Assembly: GCF_964188315.1 (NCBI RefSeq)
Contig: NC_135661.1
Coordinates: 30,752,001 to 30,816,000, forward strand
Direction of reading: 5' to 3'
DNA length: 64,000 nucleotides
DNA from: Podarcis muralis
Taxonomy: Eukaryota
The position numbers were made by a program, and so were the translations under genes. This document shows positions 52,948-64,000 of the stretch, piece after piece; the first letter of the stretch is position 1, and each line of letters begins with the position of its first letter. The notes under the pieces are model-generated. The model saw nothing but the letters and a program-made list of their open reading frames with translations. It had not been told where the DNA came from and did not search any database.

Positions 52948-53169
52948 CAGTGATACCTCAGGTTACAAACACTTTGGGTTACAAATGCTTCGGGTTACAA
53001 ACTCCACTAAATCGGAACTAGTACCCCAGGATGAGAAAGGAAATTGTGTGCCGGTGGCGCAGCGGTAGCAGGAGGCCCCATTAGTGAAAGTCCGCCTCAG
53101 GTTAAGAACAGTTTTGGGTTAAGAACAGGCCTCCGGAACGAATTAAGTATGTAACCCGAGGTACCATTG
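52948..53169. mobile_element. Tc1/mariner MITE (same family as 25960-26185)
   Basis: cagtgatacctcaggttac ... gtaacccgaggtaccattg, TA flanks, shared internal ggaggccccattag and ctcaggttaagaacag. Confidence 0.88.
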
Positions 53170-53171
53170 TA

Positions 53172-53490
53172 TAGGAACATAGAAAACCGCTTTATGCAGA
53201 GTCAGACCAATGCACCATCTACCTCTGTGCGGACTGCACTGACTAGCAGCGGCTCCCCGGGGGTTTCACGCAGCGTATCTCTCCCAGGCTTACCTGGAGA
53301 TGCCACAGGTTGAACCTGGGACCTTAGGAACATCGGAAGCTGCCTTATACAGAGCAAGATCAATGACCCATCTGCTTCAGTGCTATCTATCCTGACTGGC
53401 AGCATCTTTCCAGGATTCTGGGGAGGAACTGAACCTGGGCCTTTCTGTATGCCAAGCAGATGCTTCTCCCCTGAGCTGGGGTGGTGGGAC
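53172..53490 (-). mobile_element. Two tandem copies of the same tRNA-derived SINE
   Basis: Two successive reverse-complement tails (aggaacatagaaaacc / aggaacatcggaagctgccttatac) and heads (tgaacctgggacc / tgaacctgggcctttctgtatgc). Confidence 0.78.
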
Positions 53491-53749
53491 CCCATACCCA
53501 CCCCCCTCTTGCAAACCAATATCACCATGCACAAACAGACAGGTGGCATGCTGAAAAGTGTCGGCAGTGCATTATTTTCCCCAAACCCAAACCCTCCATA
53601 AAAACAGGCACACGTGTCTGTTTTGTCTGTCTGGGGAGCTTCCCTCTCCTGTTCCTATTTATTTCGATACCAGTCTCTCCCTCTCTCTCTCTCCCCCCCC
53701 CCCCATTGGCATGGGCTCCAGGCGGCTTGCAGATAAAACAGAAAGAGCT

Positions 53750-54430
53750 CAAAGCATAGAGGCGGGGCGGCGGCGGGGGAGACAAGGAGGAAAACCGTTT
53801 TAAAAACACAATTAAACACAGACAGAATTAGAACAATGTATATATAGGCGTCGTTCCTCTTCTCTCCCGTCCCCCCGCCTTGGGAGGGGCTGAGATTTGT
53901 GCCAAGAAACGGCGTCCTTCGGAGAAAGGCGGAGAAGCGGGGAAGGAGGGAGAAGCCTCCGCAGGGTGCGCTGGGTGGGCCAGGCGAGGCACCCACGAGG
54001 GGCTGGGGGGGGGCGTTGCGGGGCGGCCTAGGCCTCCTCGTCCCCTCAGCCGCCAGCACGGCCTCGTCCTTTTTTATTTTTTGGCCTCGCTCTCCGGGTC
54101 CAAGCGTGTCCCCGCCAGCCCTGAGGGGACCCCTTTCCCCACCCCCACCCGAAGCCCCTTACCTACTCGGGGGGGCGGGCAGACATGCGGTGACGGCCCC
54201 GGTGTGTCACGGAGGGAGGAATGGAGCTGCCGCCGCCTCAGCCTCCCTCAGGGACGAAGGCGGGAGAGGGAAAGGGAGGCGATGGCGGAGCGAGGCGCCT
54301 CCCGCTTGTGAGGGGGGGGGGGGGAGGAGAGGGGCTCTTTGAGGCGGGGAGGTGTGTGGGCACGAAAGAGGAGGATGGGGAGATGGGGGTTTGTGGGGGG
54401 GGAGTTTCTAGGGGGAGGGGTTTCCCGACG
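53750..54430. promoter_or_regulatory. CpG island / DPY19L3 promoter
   Basis: Only strongly CpG-rich, GC-rich stretch in the window, with multiple GGGCGG boxes and G-tracts, 5' of the DPY19L3 start exon. Confidence 0.88.
54163..54260 (-). other. DPY19L3: Putative non-coding exon 1 of DPY19L3 (TSS end approximate)
   Basis: GC-rich segment in the CpG island ending at a consensus donor TAG|GTAAGG (minus strand, intron starts 54162). Confidence 0.6.
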
Positions 54431-54605
54431 CCTCCTCCTCCCCTCTGTCCCTCATGATTTGTATTTAAAACCCACATTGTCCTCCGAGGAGAGCTCAAGG
54501 TGACGAACACACACTCACCCCCCCCCCTTGATTTGATCTTCACAACAACCTTGTGAGGTAGGTTGGGCGGAGAGAGGCTGTGAGGCCATAAAGGGCACGT
54601 GTGTC

Positions 54606-55094
54606 GTTTAGTTCAGTTGGTAGAGAGAGCACCTGCTTTGCGTGCAGAAGGTCCCGGGTTCAGTGCCCCCTGGCATCTCCAGATGGTGGGGGGGGGGGCT
54701 GGGAAGAGACCCCCCAGCCTGAAACCTTGAAGAGATGTTGCCTGTCAGTGTAGACAGCACTGAGCTAGGTGGACCATTGGTCGGACTCCGTATAAGGGAG
54801 CTTCCCGTGTTCCTGTATGTCTTTGGAGAAAGGCCATAGCTCAGGTGGTAGAACATCTGCTTTGCATGCAGAAGGTGCCAAATGCAATCCCTGGCATCTC
54901 CAGGTAGGGCTGGGGAGAGAGATCCCCTTCTGAAACCCTGGAGAGCTGCTGCCCATCAGGAAACTCAGTCTACACTAGGTCCCCTAAAGGGCTGTAGCTC
55001 AGTGGTTGAGATTTGCATGTAGAAGATCCCAGGTTCAATCCCCAAAGGTATCTCCAGGTAGGGCTGGAAGAGACCCTTCTTCTGAAATTCAGAG
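54606..55094 (+). mobile_element. Three head-to-tail copies of the tRNA-derived SINE
   Basis: Heads at about 54606, 54831 and 54989 (tagctcagtggtagag...tttgcatgcagaaggtccc...ggcatctccaggtagggctgg). Confidence 0.85.
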
Positions 55095-55539
55095 TGGGAT
55101 GATGGGAGTTTCAGCCTAACAACATCCGGAGGGCACCACATGTGCCAGCTCTGCACCAAGATGGAAGCTAAAGGAATTTCTGGTTTCACTGGATCATTTT
55201 GGAGACACTTCCAATTGTTGCAGCTCAGTCCTATGCAGCTCAGAGTAACCAAACGAAACTTTTAACACATGACATGATAAAAGTCTGTAATTTTATCAGG
55301 ACAAGTTACTTGTTGTTTACTGTTGCAACAATTGTTTTCTCAAAATTTATCTTCTGTACAATGGAAATAAATAAAAACAGTATTAAAAAAAGGAAAGAAA
55401 AGTCTGCAGGAATAAACAGGTTGTTTTTCTGCAACTTTCATTTCAGAGGACGCCTTTCCCACTTTGATTAAATCTATCAGTTCATGCTTTGCTGATGCAA
55501 TGCAGTCTTCAGTGCCATCATTCTCATATCCTGGTAGAC

Positions 55540-55674
55540 TAAGGTTACCAGATTTTTTTTTCAATGAATCCCGGGACACTTTTCAACTTCCTACTAAATA
55601 GATGGATTTTGTCAGGGGACCAATTTGTAAATCCGGGGACTGTACCCGGTAAATGGGGATGTCTGGTAACCTTA
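55540..55674. mobile_element. hAT (Blackjack-like) MITE
   Basis: 13-bp perfect TIR taaggttaccaga ... tctggtaacctta; flanks tggtagac / tgtcagac (6/8 TSD match). Confidence 0.75.
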
Positions 55675-55975
55675 TGTCAGACCACTAGGACGTACTGGCA
55701 TTCCCCCCAGTTTTTAATAATTAAAACTATGTTCCTAGATGCCCAGCTCCTTAGCTACCACCAGCACCAAGGTCTAGTAATAAGAGGGGGATAACCATAT
55801 AAGCCACCTTGAGCTTTATGGAGAAAAATGTGGAATATATGGTAAATGCAGTAAATGAATACATATTAAAGGCCTTCCATCCCCCCACATCTCCATTTGT
55901 CTCAAGGGCTCCAGTAGGCAGTATACTGGAGGACAAACAGCTGTTTTCTTCATGCCCCCATTTTATTTCCTAGGG

Positions 55976-56335
55976 CTGTGGTTCCCAAACTTTTTCTGCC
56001 ATGGACCACTTGAAAACTGCTGAGGGTTTCGTGTAGCACTTAATGTTTCTGCCTCTTGTAGCAACTGTAATGCACTGTGCTAGACGCTAGGATTTTTACT
56101 TTTATTTTTATTGCTTCTTTTAATTCCTATATATTGTTGGTTTATTGTATAACAATTTGGATTCTATAGAATTTAGATTTCAGTACAATAAAATGAAATG
56201 CAAGGAATAAAATAATAAAATAAAAATTAAGTATCACTATGGACATGATGCAATGGATGTGCCGTCTCCCATCTTCAACCACAAAGCCACATACACACCA
56301 CATGCCACCTGAATGGACCAGTTTGGGAAAACCTG
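55976..56335. mobile_element. Old hAT-like element
   Basis: ctgtggttcccaaac ... gtttgggaaaacctg imperfect TIRs; no TSD recognisable. Confidence 0.45.
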
Positions 56336-57806
56336 GCAAAACAAAAATATTGAATGAAAACCAAGTGTTGTATGAGATAGGTCTTTGGTCTGATCCAGCA
56401 GGGCAGTTCTTAAAGAAAATGAGCCACACCCATCTAGCAAGTTCCTCGCATCTTATACTCTGCTTGGGCAAGTATGCCTCATGAAAATATTCAAACCTTT
56501 GTGACTCGGTATTGTGGGACTACTAGAGCAGAATTAGGCGCACAAATAGAGTGCACAACTTTATTGCTAGATATGCTTTAGCATTTATTTATATTCTTTA
56601 CTTACTGGTTTTCTAATACTCTTTTTCTTCAGGGATTAAGTTGGTGGCTACCAGAGGATTATCTCAAAGAGGCTTCCTGGCTCTGGAATTTGCTCTCCAA
56701 GGAGATTAGACCAGCTCTGTCATGAATAGCTTTTGGATGCCAAGCCAAACTTGTCCCATTCACTCAAGTTGTTTTTTTTTAAATAGTAATTCACTTCAAC
56801 CATATTTGATGATTTTTAACTGCTTGTTTTTGTTTGTAGTGATTTTAATTGAAATTATAAGCCACCTTGAAGATAGGATATACTTTTTTCAATTTTTTTC
56901 AGATTAAACAGAATTGCATCACATGTTTCTGCCAAATGTTCAATTTGTGAGAGCTTGTGGCATAGAACACGGAAACGGGGATCAGAAGATCCGTCTCCCT
57001 TTGTGTTCTTACTCTCCGTGACCAATCAAGTTTGTCTCAGGAGACTGCCTTACACAAGAAAGTCCCAAATAAGTGGTAAGGTATGCACAGACAATAGTAA
57101 TGTGTTTTTACAGATGTTGCAAAGCTCTGACACATGTAGTAATTGAGAATTAAAAAAGGTTAGCTGAAGAATCCCCTAACATGACAACTATAATTCAGTT
57201 CATAGTTAACTTTTACATGCCTATCATACATGAAAGCAAAGTGCTAAATTAGGCTCACTAGAAAAACAGGAAGCATATCCCTTTCTCAGTTTACGGCTCA
57301 CAGCTCATTGAACACAGAGCACCCTCAGTAAGCCCCTTGCCCTCCCTTTGTTGTCCCAGGCAGGCAACACAAACAGGTGGTTTAATTAAGCCTCAAAGGC
57401 ATCACCATCCATGGTCAGTATATGGCTTGGGAGGAATGCAGGTGATACAAAACAGCATTTATATAGCGCTTTGGTGTTCAAGAGTCTCGATACATATTAT
57501 CACAGCCATTCTTTAGAACCACCTGCTAAAGTAGGTCACCCCATACTGGAGGTGGGGAAGGGGCTTAGGGTAACCTAGATAAGCAATTCAGGAAACTTAG
57601 GGAGTTCATGCGCTGTTATGAGTTGTAGATTCACTGATTCATAGCTCAGGTATTTATTCAATAATCTACACTGGCTCTTTTAGCATGTTTAGGTATATGT
57701 GTGCATTTTTAAACAAAGAGAAAGGCTATATTTACAAGCTAACTTTCTTGTGTTCAGTAAAACATATGCAATCGAGAGCACAATATTGATGTGTTTAACA
57801 AAGGAG

Positions 57807-57812
57807 TTTATT
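57807..57812 (-). terminator. Candidate ZNF507 polyadenylation signal (AATAAA)
   Basis: tttatt on + at the end of a roughly 3.7 kb AT-rich, repeat-poor tract below the ZNF507 stop; U/GU-rich sequence follows on -. Confidence 0.5.
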
Positions 57813-60800
57813 ACCAAAATACAATTAGTCAATACATGACAAAACTTCTGTAAAGCAAAATAAATTATTCTAACAATGTACAGTATTTCAGAAGGTAGTC
57901 AAAGTTGTACTACAAAGTTTGCTTCCGTAGTTTCCAAACAAGACAAACCTAGAGAGAACTTAAGGCATGCAGCTTAATGTGCGGGAAAGTATCTTATAAA
58001 GTAAGTCATCCTGTCAGTCAGATAATGCAAGATCTACAGTCTTTTACATGTCAGTTTTCTAAAAGTTTTATACTTTGGCTATAAAAAACAGTGCCATAGT
58101 ATTACAATTCCTTTTTTCTTAAAAAAATATATGTACCCATGCCCATGAATATCAAATGCACATTTCTATTAAATATATTTTAACATTACTTTGAGCACCA
58201 GCTGTACATTTTCATTTTAAATGATTAAATAAGTGCTTTAAAAATGCAGCAACTAGCTGAATGCCACAATGTTTTTTCAAGCTAAGAACAAGGAATACAG
58301 CCTCTATTGGTGAAGCTGTTGAAGCCACGGTTAATTGGAAGCAAGCTCCATTGATTCCAACACCATGTTTCCAAATAAGTTGCTTATGCTACAGTCAAAG
58401 GGCTGGTTAAGAAAAATAAAATATGGTCAGATTACGGGGATGGGAAACAAGAGAAGAGAATCATCCCACCCCATGCCCTGTCTACTAATCTTACCTCCAC
58501 ACCAACCAAAATGCCCATCAGTTGGACATGTGCCAAAGCACATGAAAGCCCAAACCACACAGGTAAACATTTCCTAGAATAATAAGATCATAATCTGGAC
58601 CTGCAATCATTTAATTGTGTGTTTGCCGGTCCTATATAAATATTACTTTTTATGTTTAGATGCCCAGTGGGCATAAGAGTGGGGTAGCTGTGATCCCATT
58701 GCCCTCATGCCCTTCTTCCTACTACTAGCCTGTATCACATGCTAAATTAATCCTAACCAGCCCAAACAAGTGCAGTGCTGATCCATTGAAAGTTTTCTCC
58801 CATTGAGAACAACAGGATGAACATTGTAAGGATGTCATCCACAGCACATCTCTATGGGAATAATGCAAGTGTAATGCAATCTACTCTCAAGCAAGTGTAT
58901 ATTGGAATTGCAGCCAGACGTATAAATGGAAGCTTTTCGCCCATAACAGAACAGAGCACTGAATCTGCTTCTCCATAAATTAAATGGGGGCAGGGGAAGA
59001 AATAAAACACTATAGTTAGCAGTATGCGTTTTATCTTTTTAAAATCCTAAAACAGAGGGAAGACATGCTGTATGTCTGAAAAAGTGCTCTAAACAAAAAC
59101 TCCCTAAATCCAAACAGCTCACATTCCAAGATAGGTAACATGATCAACAAACTGGTTTCAGCCTCAAGTCTGCTACATGGCAAGTGTGTAAATTTGAAGA
59201 GTGAACTGATAGCAACCCATGGGCTTTAAAATGAAAAAAAAAAAAAAAGTGTGTCAGTATGAAGGATGCTCTCCTTGTGCAATTGAAGGTAATATCAAAT
59301 TTTAAGTATTGAGACTATAGTTAGCTTAAAAAAATAAAAATAAAATAAAATACTTCCCTTTACTATTTAACAGCAATGGAAGATTACATATACAAAATGG
59401 TAAGAAAAGAACCTTCTGAATACATATGCACCTTGCCTGGCCTCCCCAATTCATTTCAATTGTTCTTCACATATTGTATTCCTGCAAAAAGCTTTACATG
59501 CCTAAAAATCAATACTTAACTTCAATAAAAATATAATTAGTTTTATAAGCTCGTGGTTTCACAATTTTCTTGTAGTGTAACAGACAGGCATGATCCATTA
59601 AGGAAAAAACACAAAACAAAGTAAAGGTTTGTGACAAAGAGCCTTCACCATGGTTTTGAAATGAAACATTTAAAATAAACCAAGTAATTTTTACCAAGCT
59701 TTCAACCAATTTCAGAAAATAGACAGATAGGAGGTGGAATGTTGATACGCTTTGTATGATCTCAGCTATTAAATAGTTGCCCAATAATTTCCTGTTTCTA
59801 AGAAGTTTCAGGTTGACGATACAATACAGATGCAAGGACTGAATACAAAGGTAACAGTAGTAGCCAGAAGTATTTCATCAAGATTTGTGACCAATTGGAT
59901 TCTGTTCAGTCTTAAAGAGCTCATAGCAGGAAGTGAAATATAGCACCTTCTCAATTTCTCCCTGTTTGTTATATTTCTCAAGAACACAATCCACATTTTC
60001 AATCTCATATTTAAAATAAACTTGGTTGTTGTACAGTTTGTTGTACAGTGAATTTATGCACTCACTTTTTATAAATGCACCTAGTTTAGAAACAAGTAAC
60101 AGATTGAATAATAATAGGGATTCTAGTTTGGATTTTCTACAAAATGCCTTGAAATATTTTTGCATTCAACATTTAAAGCTTCTTTAAAAATGACACAAAA
60201 TATTTTCCATTGGTCCAACTTCACAGTTCAGAAATTTTGAGGGGCAGGGAGTGACCCAAACTCAATTAGCACCATGAAAGCTGAGCTTTTAATGTATAAT
60301 AAATACATTTTTTAAAGTTCTGCAGCTGTCTGAAAATAATGCATCTCTGTGTACAAATCTGCTTACAAGCAATGAACTGCTTGTAAAGGGAAATGCAGCA
60401 ATATGGCAAGAACTGGGAGAGGGCTCCACCCAAATGAAACATAACACTAGTTTCAAGAGAAAAATAACATTGGAGGCTGCTGAACTTCCACTGAAGTCAA
60501 TGGCAGTTAAGCAGCTGAAGCTTGAAACCACAGACAGGAACTCATGGTATTCAAGGCATGAAAACAGCTCCTTTTGAGAAACAAGTGTGAATGAAGTGGT
60601 TTTAGTGGCTATTTTATAACAATGTTACAATGGGGTAAGCTCGTAACTTCCATTGAGTTTTCATCCGATTTCTGTGTACTTAAGAAACTGGATTTTGACG
60701 TGTTAAATATTATTTGATAAAGAGGTAAACCTCCCTTCAAAGTTTAGCTAAGACCACTTGTTCCTACCCACTCTGATCCAGTTTATGGCACTTCTAGCAT

Positions 60801-61477
60801 TCTGAAATGCCTGATTTTATAGAGAGAGATATGAGAAAGTTCTGGTGAACCATTAAGGTCCATCAAGACTTAATTATACATTCTCAGCATCTCATACTGA
60901 AAGAAATAACCTAAGCCAAACAATTTGCTACTTTTTTATGATGCCTATATCAGCTGGAAGATACAGATATTTTTATCTTTTCTAAAAAAGAAGAAGCAGT
61001 AATTGAGTGAGGAACCATAAGGCCTAAGCAGTTACTCAGTCTCCCTCTCCCTTTCTGGAAATGCTGCTTCATAAATGTAGTCAGTCATGTCAGTTTTTAA
61101 AAAATTACCTAAAATGAATTTAACCCCCTTTAGATAGTTTCAAGGCAGTAAGATTAAACCCCTTAAGGTAACACATTAGTGTGAAATTCCTATTATATGG
61201 CTAAGCTTTAGATTAGCACTAGGCATTGAAAACGGCTCTGTCAGTAGAGGATAATGGTTTCAGCGGACCTTTCCCTAAATGGAGTATTTACTGTTCAGTT
61301 ACTTCAAGAGCTTGTGAAATAAATCCATTTTCTTGTTGACATAAATAACATTTCGACCGTTAGAAATATCACTGCATTTCATTACTTACAGTTTTCGCTT
61401 TAGCAAGTACTTCAGGTGATGTAAAGAGAACACAAGAAAACAGCACTTTATGAAACCCTTTAAAGCAGCAGCATCAC

Positions 61478-61829
61478 CTATCTTACACTCTGAGTTGCTG
61501 TGTGGTCCTTGTTCAGAATTATGTTTATGATTTCACCTTCATGTTCCTTCATATGGTCCAACAAGTTCTCCTTGTTGGTGGACTCAAATCCACAAATGCA
61601 ACAGCAGAAGAGAAGGACGCAGTATTCTGTGCCAAGGTGAGGCAGGCCGGCAGTTTTGTCTGAATTGCATGAGGTATTAGTTGTGGAAGTAGGATTCTGA
61701 TTTTCATCAGAATTCACGGTTTTGTCAGCAGTTTGGTTAGAGGAGTCTGAAAAGGACAAGCCCTCTGAGTTGCTTTTCAAAGGAAATAAACCATCAGCGG
61801 TCACCTTCCCAGTCAGCTGACCTGGGAAC
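61478..61829 (-). CDS. ZNF507: ZNF507 terminal coding exon
   Basis: ttcttag|G TTC CCA...; ends EYCVLLFCCCICGFESTNKENLLDHMKEHEGEIINIILNKDHTATQSVR*, the characteristic ZNF507 C-terminus. Confidence 0.95.
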
Positions 61830-62190
61830 CTAAGAAAGGAAGAAAGTAGTTGACTTTAGTATACAAATTCTAAGAAAATGGCAATACAGAATGTCTAAGG
61901 ATCTGTTTGCAGGGCTCAATGTATGTACAAGTTGCTTTTGGCATCTCTCACTTGTACGCCAGCCCTTTCCCTCCCTTTCACTACTGTGCAGCAAATCTCT
62001 AAACAGCTTATAAAATTTCCCCCAAGTGTAAAGAGAAAGTGGAAGGTTTGGCAAAAGAGCTTCCAGCAGGGAAATCACAATGCCCCCCAGACTCCAACAA
62101 CTTAACTAACTATGTTGCTTAAAGCAACTGGCTTGCTATGCAAGTTGTTAAGATAGTGCTCTATATTACAGGTATAAATAGTGACCCTTA

Positions 62191-62355
<165 letters not shown>

Positions 62356-62763
62356 TTAAGAGAAAGAAGAAGGGGTCAACATGTCTTACCCAAAATGTGG
62401 TCAAATTATAAAAGGTCAGCACACCCTTTTATTTCTATCCCAGTTTAGTTTAGCTGTCGCTGCATTTTTATGTGATATTTTAAAGATTTCTACTCCAAAA
62501 AGTATACCTAAAGCTATAAAGTCTGTCAAACATGGTGAACTAATACACAGTCTCATTAGGCAATAACAACAGAATTAATAGGTATTAAAAAAACGCCAAA
62601 GTAATAAAAAGCTAGAGGGAGAAATTGCACACGTTAAAGAAATTTGTAGTATATCAAGTATTCTCAGAATTTAACATATGGTTAGATGCACTGGAGCATG
62701 CCTAAATGAATACAGTATTTGCCCTGGGCCTTGCTAAACAGATTTCTCTGTGGAACTAAGGAA

Positions 62764-62940
62764 GGGGCCACAGCTCAGTGGTGCTGTGCATACAGAAGGC
62801 CTTGTATTCAATCCCTCACATCTCCAAATAAAAAGGTTCAGGTAGAAGGTGCGAAGAAAGGCCTCTGCTGGCAAGTCATTGCCAGTCAGTGATTAGACAA
62901 TACCAGGATAGATGGACAAATAATCTGACCTGGAATGAGA
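62764..62940 (+). mobile_element. tRNA-derived SINE with CR1-type tail, degenerate
   Basis: ggggccacagctcagtggt...gccagtcagt...agacaatac...gatggac; same family. Confidence 0.75.
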
Positions 62941-63371
62941 GTTCGCACTCAACTTCTACCAAAAAAAAAATTGATCAAATTCAACTTCCATCTTTTCTTC
63001 TCCAAGCCCTATTTAATTTGGAACAAACTGGAACCATGCCCAGAACATTTCACGTACCAGGACTTTGTGCGCAAAGCACGCACGTAGCACATTTCCCTCA
63101 CTATTAAGTATCTACAGTCAAATATTCTGAGGGAGACCCCTATGTTTTCCAGAGCTCTGGTACTTCTGGGCTGTTGTTGTTTTTTTTACAGGTTTCCTGG
63201 AGTCTCCAGAGTACCAGGCTCTAACATCAGCAAGATACAAAGGCAGAGATGATCCTTTAACCAAGCAATTTGTAAGAGATCTCTAGCAAAAATTCGGTGA
63301 TCTTAACTTCAAACTATCTGTACTAACAAGGCCACAGCTGCCACCGGCTTGCCAAGCAGTCAGTTACCTAC

Positions 63372-63476
63372 TTGAACTGCTCCATTAGCTGCACTGCCTG
63401 GTGTTCCTGTGGATGGCGCCTCATATGGCACTTCAAGCTATTCATATTTGTTGTGGCAAAGTCGCACATTCGACAC
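63372..63476 (-). CDS. ZNF507: ZNF507 internal exon encoding one C2H2 finger
   Basis: ttttccttcag|G; CRMCDFATTNMNSLKCHMRRHPQEHQAVQLMEQF; donor AA|gtaggt; 105 nt, phase 2-2, joins the next exon in frame. Confidence 0.88.
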
Positions 63477-64000
63477 CTGAAGGAAAACAAAGAAGCAATT
63501 GGTTCCCAGCAACCTCAGCCTCTTGACAAGTCCATCTCTGAGGTGGGCGTTGCGGAAGGGAGGACAAGGAGGGAAGTTTGGCCAATTATAATTCATTCTA
63601 GAATCCATCAGTGCAGTAGTCAAGTAAATGTTCGCTGCCTGCTATTCAGATGAAAATGTCATTGGTTAAGGGCCTCTGGAGGTGTTAGCTGTCTGCTTAA
63701 ACTTGTGGTTCAATCAATATGGCTCTATCCATCTAAAAGTTCAAAATGGCAAACTTTCAGATGCATCATGCAAATAGTAGAGGTTCCTGGACAACTGTGC
63801 TGAATTTTAAAAAGAAACATTAAAGACTCAATAAATCTGCTTATTGTTTGTTTTGAAGATTTTTTACCCCACCTTTCAGACCTTTCTAGGCTGCTTAAAA
63901 GAAACAGGTGGAAAAAGCCACATTCTTCTAGCATAACCCGGCAGCTGTTAGTCCTCTGGCTGATGGGATGTGGCCCAAGCATGCTCCAATTCTGCTGTTG

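Noticed and set aside
53655-54342. Several overlapping 130-147 aa ORFs
   Set aside because: Low-complexity G/R/P/A frames expected from a stop-poor CpG island.
54601-54680. tRNA-like sequence with A/B boxes (also at 54831, 54989, 13121, 62764)
   Set aside because: No intact cloverleaf; each continues into the same SINE body and tail.

Overview
Vertebrate genomic DNA, most likely a lacertid-type lizard, inferred from Sauria SINEs with a (TTTACC) tail and Squam3-like SINEs. Three protein-coding loci are present. (1) The last two exons of a classical cadherin on the + strand (3389-3543, 6958-7377), most similar to a non-mammalian neural-cadherin-like/type III cadherin. (2) A complete DPY19L3 C-mannosyltransferase gene on the - strand: 18 coding exons from 51478 to 20525, all introns GT-AG, summing to 2151 nt = 716 aa + stop, with a putative non-coding first exon in a CpG island at about 53.8-54.4 kb. 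(3) The last three coding exons and long 3' UTR of ZNF507 on the - strand. The rest is intron/intergenic DNA rich in SINEs, LINE tails, Tc1/mariner and hAT MITEs, microsatellites and a decayed DIRS-like recombinase relic. I found no clearly new biological system. The best leads are a symmetric zinc-finger cassette exon in ZNF507 with an overlapping stop-generating splice donor, the non-mammalian cadherin, two uORFs in the DPY19L3 leader and outward-facing SINE arrays bracketing the CpG island. Comparisons to human proteins are from memory, not from a search.
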